Origin: Camelus dromedarius
Taxonomy: Eukaryota
Length of the DNA stretch: 64,000 nt
Assembly: GCF_036321535.1 (NCBI RefSeq)
Contig: NC_087437.1
Location: forward strand, 41,480,001-41,544,000
Reading direction: 5' to 3'
Each line of letters opens with the position of its first letter. Positions within the stretch are counted from its first letter, which is position 1. The translations under genes were made by a program, and so were the position numbers. A model generated the notes under the pieces. That model searched no databases and had not been told where the DNA came from. It saw only the letters and a list, made by a program, of their open reading frames with translations. This document shows, piece by piece, positions 1 to 13,378 of the stretch.

Positions 1-2379
1 TGCTGGAAATCACGCAGCTGCCTTTCTTTCTTTGTGTTTGCTACAAGGAAACTCACAGCCAAATTTGGGATTCACTTCTAGTCGAGTGTGCTGGGCCTCC
101 TGGCATAGTTTGGAGCACCAATTTTTCCTCTTTTTCATCTGATTCCTCTCACGACTTCTTTTCTCATCCACTAGATCTCTTTGTTAAAAATGATGTTTTT
201 TAAAATATTTGCATTTTTCTGGTCTTTGTAAATTGCTTTAAATTATTCCAAAACAAGTAGGAACATCTCTGTATATTTGTCACACCACATTTTTAGGTAT
301 CTACCCAATGTACAATGGCACCCTGCCCCCGTTTTCTTTAAGAATGGGACCCCCAGAAAACCTATTTGCACTGTGTGATCCTGCCTGCCTGGCCAATTTG
401 ACTGGAATTGAGGTGGCTACCTGACCCAAGCAGACCTACACCAGTTCTTTCCTCTGGAAATTTGAAATTGTTATTTGACAAGTGCCGTGATCTGCTATCA
501 TGGATACTCAGTGTGTAATATATCTACAGCATTGATTCTCAACGCTGGCTGCCCCATAGAGTCACCTGGGGCACTGTTAAAAGATACAGATTCATCCCTG
601 CTTATCAAGGAAGGTGAAGCTATACACACCGTAATACCAATGAATTCTGATCCCAGATATATAAGCTATACAGCCAAATAGATCTGCTGAATGCATTTAT
701 CAGTGTCATTTCTCTAAAGAGTTTGTTCCTGGAGAACATTATAAGGCCATACCCTTAAATGTCCCACCACTCACTGAAACCTGTTATATAGGAAGCGCGT
801 AAAATCGAAATACTTTCTGTTCACTTGTATTTCAGCCATCTCTGTGGGGACAGGCAGAATTTTGAGTGAGTTAAAGGAACTTTTGGACTACAATTGGACT
901 TTATTCTCTGATTGCTTGACTAGGTTTCACTCCCCAAAATAGATTTGTTTATATTATATACTTTGTTGAACTCATCCCATGTTCAAGGCACGATGCTGGG
1001 TACTATGGAAGAAGGTGGGAGAGGGGAAGAAGGTGGGTACCTAGATGGACCTGATCCTGGGGAGGCAGGTGACAAGGACTAGGGCAGAGGATCAGTGGTC
1101 ACATTCTCAGGATATAGCAACAGGCAGGCACCAGAAGCTTACTCTAAGCGTCTAGTGAGTTCTGCTTACCTTGTTTTATGTACAGTATCTATTATTCTTT
1201 CCATTTGCAGAAATAATCAAGAGTTGGCTAAAGTGGCATTTGAATTTTGCCCATGAAGAGGCTAGAAGCAACCAGCCTCCAGGAACAGTCTCATTTGAAT
1301 CTAGATAAAATCTATCAGATATTCTGCATATTACAACACTCATTTGAATCCAATTTTCTCAGCTGGCCTTTCTTACCCTTTCTTTTTATTGTTTATCTAC
1401 CTTTGAAAATAACAAAGAAATGGAGTGAGAAATGGAAAATTACTCTGTTGGAAAAACTCACTTCCTAAATGTGAGTTTTCGATGCATTTAGGAATATTCT
1501 ATAGAATTTCTGAGTGATCCCAGATATCCTCACCAACTAACCTAATTGACAAAGTCTCAGGTTGGAGAGAAAAAACTAACAGTAATATTTAACTTTCATG
1601 GAATACCTACATGCCAGACAATTCTGCTAAGAGCTTAGATGTGATATCCTATTTAATACTCGGAACAACCTTTGAGTAATTCTATCTTCTCTTTGTTACA
1701 AAAGAACAAACTGTAAAGGAATGTGCCCGAGGTCATGCAAGTCATTAGTGGTGGAGAATGGGTGAGCAAGCAGGCCCTACGGCTAGATTTTGAGGACTTT
1801 GCTTTTCATGGTTGCTGAATCTGTATCCTTCCAAGCAGTGCTGGGCACTTGAGGCCCTCAATAAATACATGCTAAATGAATGAATAATTCTCTGGCCTAT
1901 GGAAGCAACTCTCTAGTGGGTGGGTGGAAAGAATCACGCAGCTAATGGTTAAGGCCCCAGCAACATGAATTCTGGGCTTAAGTTCCACCTGGCACAGAGG
2001 TGTCCTCTTTCAGAAACGAGCGGTGGAACAGAAATAGTATCCCATGACCCAGAAGGACTAGCTGGGCACTAATCTTGGCTCTCCTGTTGTGTGACCTCAG
2101 GCCCACCATCCCCATGGCTTTCTGAGCTGCAGGTGTCTCTTCTGCAAAACAAGCCCCCTAAGAATATCTCTAAGCTACCTTCCAAATCTAACAGCCTGTC
2201 ATTCACAAGAATTTTACACTAGAGAAATTTATCTTCTGGATGAACCACTCCAGGGACAAACAAGGGGTGTGGAAGGAGAAACATCCCCGTTTTCCATTCC
2301 TTATTTGGTACCACCTCCTGTGTTTCCTGAGAATCCCTGCTAGGATGCCATACACTGTGGGCTTTTTTTAAAACTTTTT

Positions 2380-2910
2380 TTTCTTTTTTCTGTTTTTCAA
2401 CTTTTAATTTGAAATAACTTTTGACTTGCAAACTAAAAGTGAGAAAAACAGCACAAAGAATTCCTGAATATCCATCACCTAGTTGACCCAAATGTTATCA
2501 TTTTCATGTTGCAGCGAAATGATAAAAATCAGAAAGTAACATTAACAAAACACTATTATCTGATCTACAGTCCTCACGTTCACCAGTTGTCCCACTAGTG
2601 TTCTTCTTCTGGTCCAGAATCCTGTCCAGATCCACATGCTGCATGGAGTTGCCTTGTTTCCCTTAACACGGAAGAGATTTTCAATCCGTCTTTGTCTTTC
2701 ATGACCTTGATACGTTTGAAGAGTACTGCCCAGGTATTTTTTAGAATGTCTCTCAATTTGGGTTTGTCTGATCTTGACTGAAGTCAGACTATGCACTTGA
2801 AGCAAGAATACCGTAGAAGTGGTTTTATTTCCTTCTGAGTGCATCTCATCAGGAGCTACATGGTGTCAATTTATTGTCACATTACCTGTGAGCTAACTTT
2901 GATTACTCTG
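2380..2910 (-). mobile_element. Old LINE-1 (L1MC/ME-like) 3' fragment
   Basis: T-rich tail then ttttaatttgaaataacttttgacttgc...gaagagtactgcccaggtattttttagaatgtctctcaatttgggtttgtctgat. Confidence 0.75.
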
Positions 2911-3067
2911 TGTTTTTTCATATTATAGACATTTTATCTGAAAAAGGGAGGTAATAATAGTATCTGCCTCACAGTTATGAGGATTAAATGGGTGGTGGGG
3001 AATGGCATATAAAGCACTTAACAATTCCTGGGACATAGTGGGACCTTTAATAGTAGCAGTAGTTGCA

Positions 3068-3130
3068 GTGGCGGCGGTGGTGGTGGTGGTGGTGGTGGTG
3101 TGGGGGCGGGTGGGGGGGGTGGGGGGGTGG
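3068..3130 (+). repeat. (GGT)n repeat followed by G-run cluster
   Basis: ggcggcggtggtggtggt...gggggcgggtggggggggtggggggg. Confidence 0.95.
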
Positions 3131-4149
3131 CAGCAGTAGCAGTAGTACATCGTCATCCTTGTTTCTTTCAAAAGCACATCAAACAATCAGGAGATTGTTC
3201 AGGTAAAAGTGAGAACTGCTGATAGAGCTGGGGCCAGGGCATCTGCAGACACACATTCTGCCTTTGCATTTGCTGCTGCAGCTGTGCACCCTGAAGCCGG
3301 GAGAATTCCAGCGGGCCCAGAAGGATCACAACCCTCAGTGTTTCTCTGTATGGGCAGCAAGTGTCATCTGAGTGTTTGGCTATTGTACAGTCAGTGGCAG
3401 GGGACATGTCTATTCAGCCCTGGATCTGGCCTACAAGATGTCAGGTAACCTTTTCAAGGCCATGAGATTTTAATAGAATTTGAAGTGAAGTTACTAGAGA
3501 TTATGTTTTTGCCTGGATAAAACATACAATTAATATAGAAATCTGCGTTGTACAAGTGACATCTGCATAGTGTTTATTTAACTAACTGCAGACTGATTGA
3601 CATGCAGGCATTCTGCAACATTTTTCTATTAGTCTGTGAATAAGCAGTCCAATGAATTATTTATTGGGCTAACACATCCTGGTGCCTTTTTTTTTTTTTT
3701 AAGAACATTCTCTATGGGAAGTCCTGGCCTTGCTTAGTCAATTAACCTTGCCCTGTCCAGATCTCCTCTCTTGAGGAATAAACCTTCAAAATCCAAAGCA
3801 TCATGTTAGTGTGCAGAGGAAGGGTAACGCCTGCTCAAGACCTTCGTCCCCTACCCTTGCAATCTTCCTTAAGTCAGATGTAGAACCTTATTCCCAGATC
3901 AGTTGGGGGGAGTGTGTTGGACAAACATTCAGTTACACTGCTTTTCTAGGAATGAGCTGAAGCCTCTGTGGCCAGGGAAAGAGATGGCAGACCTCTCCTG
4001 CTGCCAGATTCCAGCCTCATTTCCCTGAAGATAACCAAGAGCGCTCCGGAGGGAGGTGGTGGTTGGCAGTAAGAGCTGTTGAGTCAGAAGGCGTTGCTCT
4101 ATTGTCCCTTTTTCCTTTACCCTTGGCCCTTTCTGGGGCCATTTCCCCC

Positions 4150-4520
4150 TGGTCCCCTCCCACCCAAATGCTATGGTGATGGTTCAAGTAAGGCACGGTG
4201 GTGGCCTGCACTGGGGTGGTGGAGGAGCGGGTGATGAACAGTAGGGTCAGATTCAGAGGATATCTTGAAGTTAGAGGCACCAGGACTTGCTAATAGGTTG
4301 GATGTGGTGTATGAGTGAGAGAGAGGTCAATGATAACTCTGTATTTTTGGCCTGAGCAACTGGATGGGTACCAGTGCCATTTAATGAGGTAGGGAACCCA
4401 GAGAGAGGAAGAGGGGGAACTCAAGAGATGGTTTGGGACATCTTATGCCTATTAGTGAGCTAAGGAGAGATTTAGATCCCCCATTTGGAATTTAAGGGAG
4501 AGTAGAGTGAAGAGAACTTG
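4150..4520 (-). mobile_element. LINE-2 fragment
   Basis: gtagggtcagattcagaggatatcttgaag...caggacttgctaataggttggatgtgg...tttttggcctgagcaactggatgg. Confidence 0.8.
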
Positions 4521-4629
4521 AGGTGTTACGTGGTATATTTGGAATTAAAATTATAGTATGAGATTTTACTAATATATTTAACCTCTCTGAGCCAATTTCC
4601 ATACTTGTCAATTATAAATTTTATTACCC

Positions 4630-5075
4630 ATATTTCAGTTGCTTGTTGCTTGGTAACCAATCACCCCAAAATATAGTGGCTTAAAACAATTATTTATTAC
4701 TTTGTTATGATTCTGTGAGGTGGGGCAGGGCTGGGTGGTTCTTCCACTGGTTTTGCTTGAATAACCTATGCAGCTGTGTTCAGCAGGGAGCTTAGCTGGG
4801 GCTGGGATCTCTCATCTTCTAGAGCTTCATTCCCTGTGGCCTCTCAGCATTTAGTAATTTAGCCTAAGCTTTTCAAATGGCAGCTAGATTTCAAGAGGAC
4901 AAATACAAGGTTTGAGCACTTATCCAGCCTCTGCTTATATCATGCTTGCCAGTGTCTCATTGGCCAAAGCAAGTCATGCGGTCAAGCCCAGAGTCAGTGT
5001 GGAAAGTGAATACATAAGGATGTAAATACTGGGAGGTGTGGCTAATCCTGGACCAGCATATAAGAGTCTAGCACA
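4630..5075 (-). mobile_element. MaLR solo LTR (older MLT1)
   Basis: caccccaaaatatagtggcttaaaacaa...cattggccaaagcaagtcatgcggtcaagcccagagtca. Confidence 0.85.
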
Positions 5076-5677
5076 GCTGACTTGACTGGGTTTTTGTGAA
5101 GATTCAATTGTCTGCCATATGGCAGATAATAAATATTAGTTGCTATTATTAAGACATAACAACCTTCAAAAATCAATCCCCATGACCATAGAGATGATTC
5201 CTATTTTACTTATAAATGTACAGAAGCAGAAAATTAACCTGCTTTCTTGCCTCTTTATTATCTTCTCCAGTGGAGGTAGATCTATAGCTCTTTTTCCTTT
5301 GTGCTCAACTGTGCTGCTTAATAGATGTTTTGTGACTACTTAAATCCAGCAAAGATGTAGTCTAGTATTCTGATTTCGGGAAAGAAGATTCTTCTATATT
5401 CTCATTAAAAATGGCTTTGAAATCCTAATTAAAAATCTGAACATTAATAATTCTTCCAAACATAAAAGTTGTTTGTTGATTTTTATGATTTTAACCTAAG
5501 TCCATTATAAGTCCTTGTTTCTAACTATGATTCTACTGTTTCTTTGTTAGTTGATATTTTTCCCTTATATCAGTCACATCAAGGTCACTATAAATATTTC
5601 AATGGTAAATGAACAAATCAGTCATGCTTTCCCAATAGCTCTTCTCAACAAACACACAAAAATCCCACAAAGCTGGC

Positions 5678-5738
5678 TTGGGACATCTTATGCCTATTAG
5701 TGAGCTAAGGAGAAACTTAGATCCCCCATTTGGAATTT
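5678..5738 (+). repeat. 61-bp direct copy of 4433-4493
   Basis: 59/61 identical: ttgggacatcttatgcctattagtgagctaaggaga(g/a)a(t/c)ttagatcccccatttggaattt. Confidence 0.95.
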
Positions 5739-6829
5739 GCTTAGCAGAGGTACAGGTGCTATGTATTTACTGTTTTTCCCATTCTAGGCACCCAAATCTT
5801 GACTTTGTCATGTAAAGAATTCACCAGCCCAGGTATTTCTATACAGCAATGCCCAGAAGGGTTCTGAAACGGGGCTTTTTAAAGATAGCAAAATGATTTT
5901 TGAGAACGATTGTATTTAGACTATGAAAACATGTATACATGTGTATGTATACATACACATACACAAACACACCTGACATGTTTGTACAATAACCAAAAGT
6001 ACTATGTAGAGGGTTTTATCATTTGGCAGGGTGAGAATACTTAGCCAGGGGCATTTGGCATGATTTCTTTTCTTCTTGCTTTTTATGAGCTCTGTGGATT
6101 CTGGCCCTAAATGTCAGGCTTACTTGTACTGAGAGGCCACTTCTTTGGGGCCCTTAATATATATGGCAGAATATTTCTGATCTGTCCTCCGATACGACTT
6201 GCAAAAAATTATCTCCTTGCTGTTCATGTGAGCCTCTGTTTCCCTGCCGATGTGGCTCTACCTGGCCTTCTGCTTCCTGTGTGTGTTTCTGCTTGTGGGG
6301 CCTTGGGAAAGGTTATTTATTCTCTTTCCTTTGACAAGGAAAGTAACTTTCTGTTTGAGATCCAAACACAAAATGCTCCATCCATTGGCAGCAGCTTGAT
6401 TGTTACAGCATGTCCTGTGTACCACCTCTAAACACCTCTCCTCATCAAAGCAGCAGGGCGTGCTTCCGTTAAATCACAATGCTCACAGCATTGTCTGGGG
6501 AATAATAGTAGAAGAACACAAAACAAATTAGATACGGATCAATTCAGAGTCCCAGAATTGACTTTTCCCTTCCTTGCTGAATTTTTGGTGCCATTTCCAC
6601 AGAAAGCCATGGTTTACTTTATTCCTATAAGCCAAATAACTCCCTTTTTTTTGTTCTATTTATAGAACTGCATTAGGAAATTATTTTCAAATTGGAAAAT
6701 TGTCGGCCATGCAGACATTTGGTTTCCTTTGTTTCATAATCACACAATCCTAGTATCAATGTATGCATTTTCCTAAAGTGAAAGGACATTGATCATTTTT
6801 TTCACCTTATTATCATACAGAAATACATG

Positions 6830-7212
6830 AGACAGGGTAATCTTAATTATGCTGTAGCAACAACCAACCCTGAATTTCAGTGATTTGAATAAGGTTTATT
6901 TCTCACTCATGCTCCTTCCCAACATGAGTTGGCTGGGGCCCCTTGGTCATCGTGGTCACTCAAGGACTTCGACCCACAGAGGCTCCACCTGAACTCAAGC
7001 TTTCATGTTCATCCAGGCAGGGAGTAGGGAATGTAGCACACTTTGCACTGACTCTTAAAGCTCCTTGCCGGAAGTGACATGTCACTTCACTCACATTTCA
7101 CTGGCCAGAGCAGGTCATATGGCCAAGCCTGTCTTCAGAGGGGAGAAATCCCAACCTCTCTTGTTCCTGGAGAGAGAAGGACTGGAATATGTGTGAACAG
7201 TCATGGCCACAG
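6830..7212 (-). mobile_element. MaLR solo LTR (older MLT1)
   Basis: tatgctgtagcaacaaccaaccctgaatttcagtgattt...gaagtgacatgtcacttcactcacatttcactggccagagcaggtcatatggcc. Confidence 0.8.
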
Positions 7213-7409
7213 CACTTAAGGAAAAAAATCAACCTCATGAGAAATCAAAGTCGTCTAAAGTCTTTGAATAAATAAAAAAGGAAGAAAACACTCAGTGCTC
7301 CCAAAGTAGTGGTGGTATGGTCACTCTCTTACACTGATTCTATGCTATTTCTGAAATGTTCCAGACATTTTAAAATATCTATCAAGAGCCTCAAAAACTA
7401 TGTATAACC

Positions 7410-8730
7410 CATAGGCAAAACACTATCTGACATAAGTCTTTATTTATTTATCTTTAGAGGAGGTACTGAGGATTGAACCCAGGACCTTATGCATGCTAAG
7501 CATGTGCTCAGCTCTTGAGCTATATTCTCCCCACACTGACATAAATTTTAACAATGTTCTACTAGGACAGTCTACCTAGGCAATAGAAATAAAAACAAAA
7601 CTAAACAAATGGGACCTAATTAAAATTATAATCTTTTGCACAGCCAAGGAAACTATAAACAAAAAGACAACCTATAGAAGAGAAAATATTTGCAAATGAT
7701 GCAACTGACAAGGGCTTCATTTCCAGAATATATAAACAGCCCATATAACTTAATAACAAGAATAAACTAATCCAAAAATGGACAGAAGACTTAAACAAAC
7801 ATTTCTCCAGTGAAGACATGCAAATGGCCAATAGGCACATGAAAAAATGCTCAATATCGCTAATTATCAGAGAAATGCAAATCAAAACTACAAAGAGGTT
7901 TCACCTCCCACCAGTCAGAATGGCCATAGTTCAAAAGTCCACAAACAATAAATGCTGGAGAGGGTGTGGAGAAAAGGGAACCCTCCTACTCTTTTGGTAG
8001 GAATGTAGTTTCATGCAGCCATTATGGAAAACAGTATGAAGATTCCTCAAAAAACTAAAAATAGACTTACCATATGATCCAGCAATCCTACTCCTGTACA
8101 TATATCCAGAGGGAACATTAATCAACAAGATACATGCACCTCAATGTTCATAGCAGCACTATTTACAATAGCCAAGACTTGGAAGCAACCTAAATGTCCA
8201 TCAACAGATGACTGGATAGTGAAGTGTGGTATATTTATACAATGGAATATTCCTCAGCCATAAAAAAAAAAGGATAAAATAATGCCATTTGCAGCAACCT
8301 GGTTGGACCTGGAGATTGTCATACTAAGTGAAGTAAGCCAGATAGAGAAAGAAAAATACCACATGATACCATTTACATATGGAAACTTAAAAAAAAAAAA
8401 AAAGGACACAAATGAACTTATTTACAAAACAGAAACAGACTCACAGACATAGAAAAAAAAACAAACTTATGGTTACTAGGGGGGAAAGAGGGGGTGTAGG
8501 GTTAAATTGGGAGTTTGAGATTTTCAGATACTAACTACTATATATAAAATAGATAAACAACAAGGTCCTACTGTATAGCACAGGGAAGTATATTCAACAT
8601 CTTGTAATAGCCTATAACAAAAAAGAATATGAGAAGGAATATATATATATGTATAACTGGACCAATATGCTGTACAACAGAAACTAGCACAACAGTGTAA
8701 ATTGACTATACTCTAATAAAAAAAGAAAAA
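7410..8730 (+). mobile_element. 5'-truncated LINE-1 (ORF2 C-terminus, 3' UTR, A tail)
   Basis: ORF 7818-8000 [25 protein letters not shown]...[12 protein letters not shown] is typical L1 ORF2p C-terminal sequence; frames are disrupted; AATAAA and A tail near 8715-8730. Confidence 0.95.
7439..7532 (-). mobile_element. tRNA-derived SINE (camelid vic-1-like) inserted in an L1
   Basis: Minus strand GGGGAGAATATAGCTCAAG...GGGTTCAATCCTCAGTACCTCC...ATAAATAAATAAA with A and B boxes; flanking direct repeat CTGACATAA at 7427-7435 and 7536-7544. Confidence 0.85.
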
Positions 8731-9109
8731 GCTATTCATAACCTTTGGAACTTAATTATATTTTCAGAATCCAACTTTATAAGAGTAAAATAGAAACTTC
8801 TAAATGTCTAACAAAGGGGAGTTGTTAAGTCTACTACTATGGCACACACAATAAACTATTATACACCGTCAAAAATTATATTTTTGAAGAACTTATAATG
8901 ACATGGTAAAATGCTCAAGATATAACCTTAAGTGAAAACTCTCAGAGTGTAGTATTATTTTCAATCTTAATTCATCAAAAATGTTAATAGTGGTTATCTC
9001 TGGCTGTTCGGATTAAGGGCTTTGTTTTCCATTTTTATACCATGCACCCTTTCTAAAATAAATATGCAATTGTTAAAAAGAAAAATATAGCTGAACTCAA
9101 AGAAATACA

Positions 9110-9815
9110 CAACACTTCGTTTCATAGCTATATTGAAGTGGAATTTACATACCTTAACATCCACCCATTTGAACTGTATGGTTACATGAGTTTTAGCAAA
9201 TTTATGCAGTTGTGTAACCATCCCACAATCAAAACTTAGAATACTTCCAAAGCTCCCAAGTTTCCTCATTTCCCTTTATGGTCCATCCCTGCTCCCCTCA
9301 TCCCCAATCCTCCAGTCTCTTTTCTGCTGGTATATAGTTTTGCTTTTGCTAGAGATTTCACGTGAAGGAAAGTATATGGTCTTTTACGCCTGTCTTCTTT
9401 CACTAAGGCTGATGTTCTAAGATTCATTCATATTGTTACATGTATTAGTAATTCATTTCTTTTTATCCTCAAGTAACATTCTATTGTGTGGAAGCACAAT
9501 ATTTTCCTTAGCCTTTCATCAGTTGATGAAGATTTGAGTTGTTTCCAGATTTTGGCTATTATGAATAGTACTAATGTGAACATTTGCATGAAAATATTTG
9601 TGTGTACATATACTTTTAAGTTCACTCGGGGTGAAGTTGCTGGTTCATATAGGAAGTGTAGGTTTAATTTTTCAAGAAACTACCAACCTGTTTTCCCAAG
9701 TGGCTATCCCATTTTGCACCCCCACGAGCAAGGTAAGAGAATTCTAGTTTTCCCACATTCCCCACCAAAACTTGGAATTGTCAGTCTTCTTAATTTTAGC
9801 TATTCTAGTGGGTGA
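9110..9815 (-). mobile_element. Old LINE-1 (L1MB/MC-like) 3' fragment
   Basis: Antisense L1 text such as gatttgagttgtttccagattttggctattatgaata; minus ORF MFTLVLFIIAKIWKQLK is a decayed ORF2 end. Confidence 0.85.
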
Positions 9816-10396
9816 AAAATACTTAGCATTTGGACAATTCACTCACAAATATTTAGCTGGTGGTTAGCATTGCTGTAAGCTCCACTCACACAGTAGCTGA
9901 AACCCCGGGTCTTGAGTTTCCATAGTCACACGCTCCGACATTCTAATCAAAGTTCAGTCTTCATCAACTGCCAAGAGCTTCACCCTCCTGTTACTACAGA
10001 CTTAGGCTGAGTAAGTGTTTTACAGTAACACAGCATATGCAGTTCAACCTACATGCAGACGAACTAGAATAGATTATTTATGCTTCTTGAGAATATGGGG
10101 GTTGGGGGTGGGGAATGGGGATAGACTTCTGTTGTGAAATTTCCTCTTTGCATTAAAGCTAATTAAGGAACAGTTGTACCATTGAATTTTTTCCTTTTTC
10201 TTCTTTTTTCATTTGACAAGACAAAATGTGGGCTGACTTTATAATGATTTCTTGTTAACTACAAGGACAGGAAGCAACTGCTACAGTACTTAAGGAATTC
10301 TCTGGCCTAGGATGAGCCTAGGGAAATGGCACATGGATGTGTAAGAAAGGTGAAGGAGAAAAATACCAAGAGAAGCCCGGGGCATCAGGTTCATGT

Positions 10397-10442
<46 letters not shown>

Positions 10443-10470
10443 CAGAGAGAGAGAGAGAGGGAGGGAGGGA
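10397..10470 (+). repeat. Compound (TA)n(GA)n microsatellite
   Basis: tatatatatatatagagagagagag...gagggagggagg. Confidence 0.95.
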
Positions 10471-10904
10471 GGTGCTGTGCTGTTGCTGACAAGCATTGTG
10501 CTAGAATAAACATTTTCTAGGTTCAAATTTAGGTCTTCCATTTACCAGCTGGGCGACCTCAGATGAATCACTTAATATCTCTGGTTTCCTCATCTGTAAA
10601 ATGAGCATAGTAATACCTGATGTACTTCCTGCATGGCAACCTGGGATACAAACAGTGCTAGAGAGTCCTATTTGTACGGCGCTGGGCTATTTGTACATGC
10701 ACTATTTGTGCATGGTGCACTCGTACTTTCCCTTTCTCTTTTATCTAACGTGATCACCAAGTAACCCAGTGAGGTAGGAAGGAGAAGGTATTATCTCCAT
10801 TTACAGATGACTGAACTGTGACTTCTGAAATCACCCAGTGAATTTGTTGTGCAGGAAAGACTCTGAATTTCCCTAGCCAATAGATTATTATTTGGGGTGA
10901 TAAG

Positions 10905-10998
10905 GGCAGAGTTGAGTCATTACAAGGAGATCATGTGGCCTGCAAAGTCAACAATATTTACTGTATGGCTCTCCAAGAAAATGTTTGCTAACCCTTGC
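10905..10998. mobile_element. MER58-like fragment
   Basis: atgtggcctgcaaagtcaacaatatttactgtatggctctccaagaaaatgtttgctaacccttg. Confidence 0.7.
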
Positions 10999-11860
10999 TT
11001 GAAGTGCTTTTTGTATGTGTGAACTCACATACACAAATCCTCCTACCAATTCTGTGAGGCAGGTTATGCTATTGTGCCCATTTTGCAGTTGAGGAGACCA
11101 AGGCATTCCAAGGTCAAGTCACTAGCTCAAGGTCAAACAGTGAGTAAATGGAGGAGCTCAGGCTTAAGCCTAGGAAGTCTGGATTCACAGCCAATCATCT
11201 TAAACCCTTTTTGTTATTGGCCTCTTTTACTCCTGGTGGGTTGCATTTCATTCAGTCAACAAATATTCTCTGAGCAACTATTCAGTGCCAGGCACCATTC
11301 CAGGGTTTGGGGATCGCATAGAACAAGCTCTCACTGAGCACATGTGCCAGCGAGGGAGAGAGACAGTGAACAAGTCACAAATCAGCAAGATTATCTCAGA
11401 GAGTGATGAAGGCTGTGGAGAAAGTAGGCCAGAGTGACAAGGACAGGGAAGTGGGTGGAGAAGGGGGGTGGGGAGAGAGAAGTTGTCAGAAACTGGCTGC
11501 TTATATGGAACATACTTTGCCTGCTGTCTTCCCCCGGGCAGGCCCCTTGCTGATTCTCCATCTCTCCAGCCCCTGGCACAGAGCAGGCACTCAAAACCAC
11601 GTACATCCATGTGAGTGACTCTTCCTCCACCCACCACTTCCCACTGGCCTTTGCCTATCCCTTCATCTGGCTTTGTCTCCAAAGGGACACAGGGCTCCTT
11701 TCTCCACACAAAATTTTGAGCCTCTGATGATCGTGATCTCTGACTCCAAGTCCCACAGACTTAGTTCAGAGTCCTGCACAGAGAGGGCTCTCAAGAATAA
11801 TTTTTAAATAACATTTACAATCAACCATTGGCCTGGAGTCTTTCAAAAATAGTTAAGTTT

Positions 11861-12030
11861 AAACAACAAGGTCCTACTGTAAGCACAGGGAACTGTATTC
11901 AATATCTTGTAATAACGTATAATAGAAAAGAATCTGAAAAAGAATATATATATGTATAACTGAGTCAGTTTGCTGTACAACTGAAACTAACACATTGTAA
12001 ATCAACTACACTTCAATTAAAAAAAATTTT
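11861..12030 (+). mobile_element. LINE-1 3' UTR fragment
   Basis: aaacaacaaggtcctactgtaagcacagggaac...aatcaactacacttcaattaaaaaa; homologous to 8555-8725. Confidence 0.9.
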
Positions 12031-12897
12031 TAATAGCCATGTAAGTTGAAATTCTAGTTAACATTACATGTGGTCCACCGTTTTTTCTGCTTCATCTAAG
12101 GTAACGGGGAGGGAGCCACGGTCATTTTTGACAACAGACCATGCACCACTCCTCTGTGGGTCTCTGTGAGTGGCCAGTGGCACTTCCACGATGCTGTTCC
12201 CTTTATCCGGCCCTGAGCCCTGGGGGGTTCAGCCTACTGGTAAGGGTTTGGGTTCCAATCTTAGGGTATAGAAGGTGGGGAAGAGGAAATGACCCAAGCC
12301 TCCATAGGTAATACACAAATACGGTGATACCCTAGTGTCTGATGAAAGGTCCGATACAGACTGAGTACACAAACTCACAGAAACACAGCTTTCCAGGAAT
12401 GATTTAGGTAGGAAAGCCATCTGAGTGCCAAACGGAGCCCTTTGTGAGTGTAAGCAAACCCAGAGCCCCTGGGATGTAGGATGGAAGGAATGACTGACTG
12501 CCTGACGTGGGCATTTCCAGGCCTGGCTTCTGGTCTGACCTTGTGCAACCTTTGCGATTGTCCTGGGCCGGCTGACTTCACGACACCTGTCTTCTGTGGC
12601 AGCAGTCGAGGCCAGCCCCACCTGGCCCCTCTCAGCTGGAAGCCACGCTGGCTGACACCACCCGCTGTCGCCCTGCGGGTACCCACGTTTGCCCCGAAGA
12701 TTTTCCTCATGCCCTTATCTCTTTTGCTGCCTCCTCTTGATTATCCCTTTGTTACCCTTCTTTACTCCTATGACTACTAATTCCACATGTCTGAAAATGT
12801 CCTGTCACCTAAAAATGTTTTGTTCTGGATATGAAACTTTTTTCCAGGAAACACTGGGAACAAATCCTGGAGACCAGAAAAAAGAGCTATTTGTGTG

Positions 12898-13378
12898 TGT
12901 ATTAGTTTGCTCGGACTTCCACGACAAATTGCCACAAATTGGGTGGCTCAAAGCAACAAAAATGTATTCTCTCACAGTTCTGGAGGCTAGAAGCCTGAAA
13001 TCGAGTCTTTGGCAGGGCCTCGTTCCCTCTGAAGGCTCTAGGGAAAAATGCTTCCTTGCCTCTTCCGGCTTCTGGTGGTTGCCAGCAATCCTTGGCATTC
13101 TTTGGCTTACAGCTTCATCAGTCCAATTTCTGTCTCTGCTGTCCCATCACCTTCTTCCCTGTGTGTGTCTCTGCTTCCAAATCTCCCTCTTCTTTCCCTT
13201 ATAAAGACACCAGAAGCTGGATTTAGGGCCCACCCTAATCCAGTATGACTTTGTCCTAACTTGATTACATCTGCAAAGACCCTATTTCCTAATAAGGTCA
13301 TATGTTCAGGTACCAGGGGTTACGACTTGGACAGATCTTTTGTGGGGGAGGGCGCAGTGCATAGCTGAACGCCTTTCA
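12898..13378 (-). mobile_element. MaLR solo LTR (MLT1A/C-like)
   Basis: tgtattagtttgct...attctctcacagttctggaggctagaag...ttacatctgcaaagaccctatttcctaataaggtca. Confidence 0.9.

Noticed and set aside
7818..8000. L1 ORF2-like peptides (also 25311-25496, 33014-33247, 47444-47719) as genes or active elements
   Set aside because: Short, 5'-truncated, stop- and frameshift-interrupted fragments; no intact ORF1 or ORF2.
12689..13204. 171-aa ORF
   Set aside because: The distal part is the antisense reading of an MLT1 LTR (MYSLTVLEARSLKS-type translation), a common artefact.
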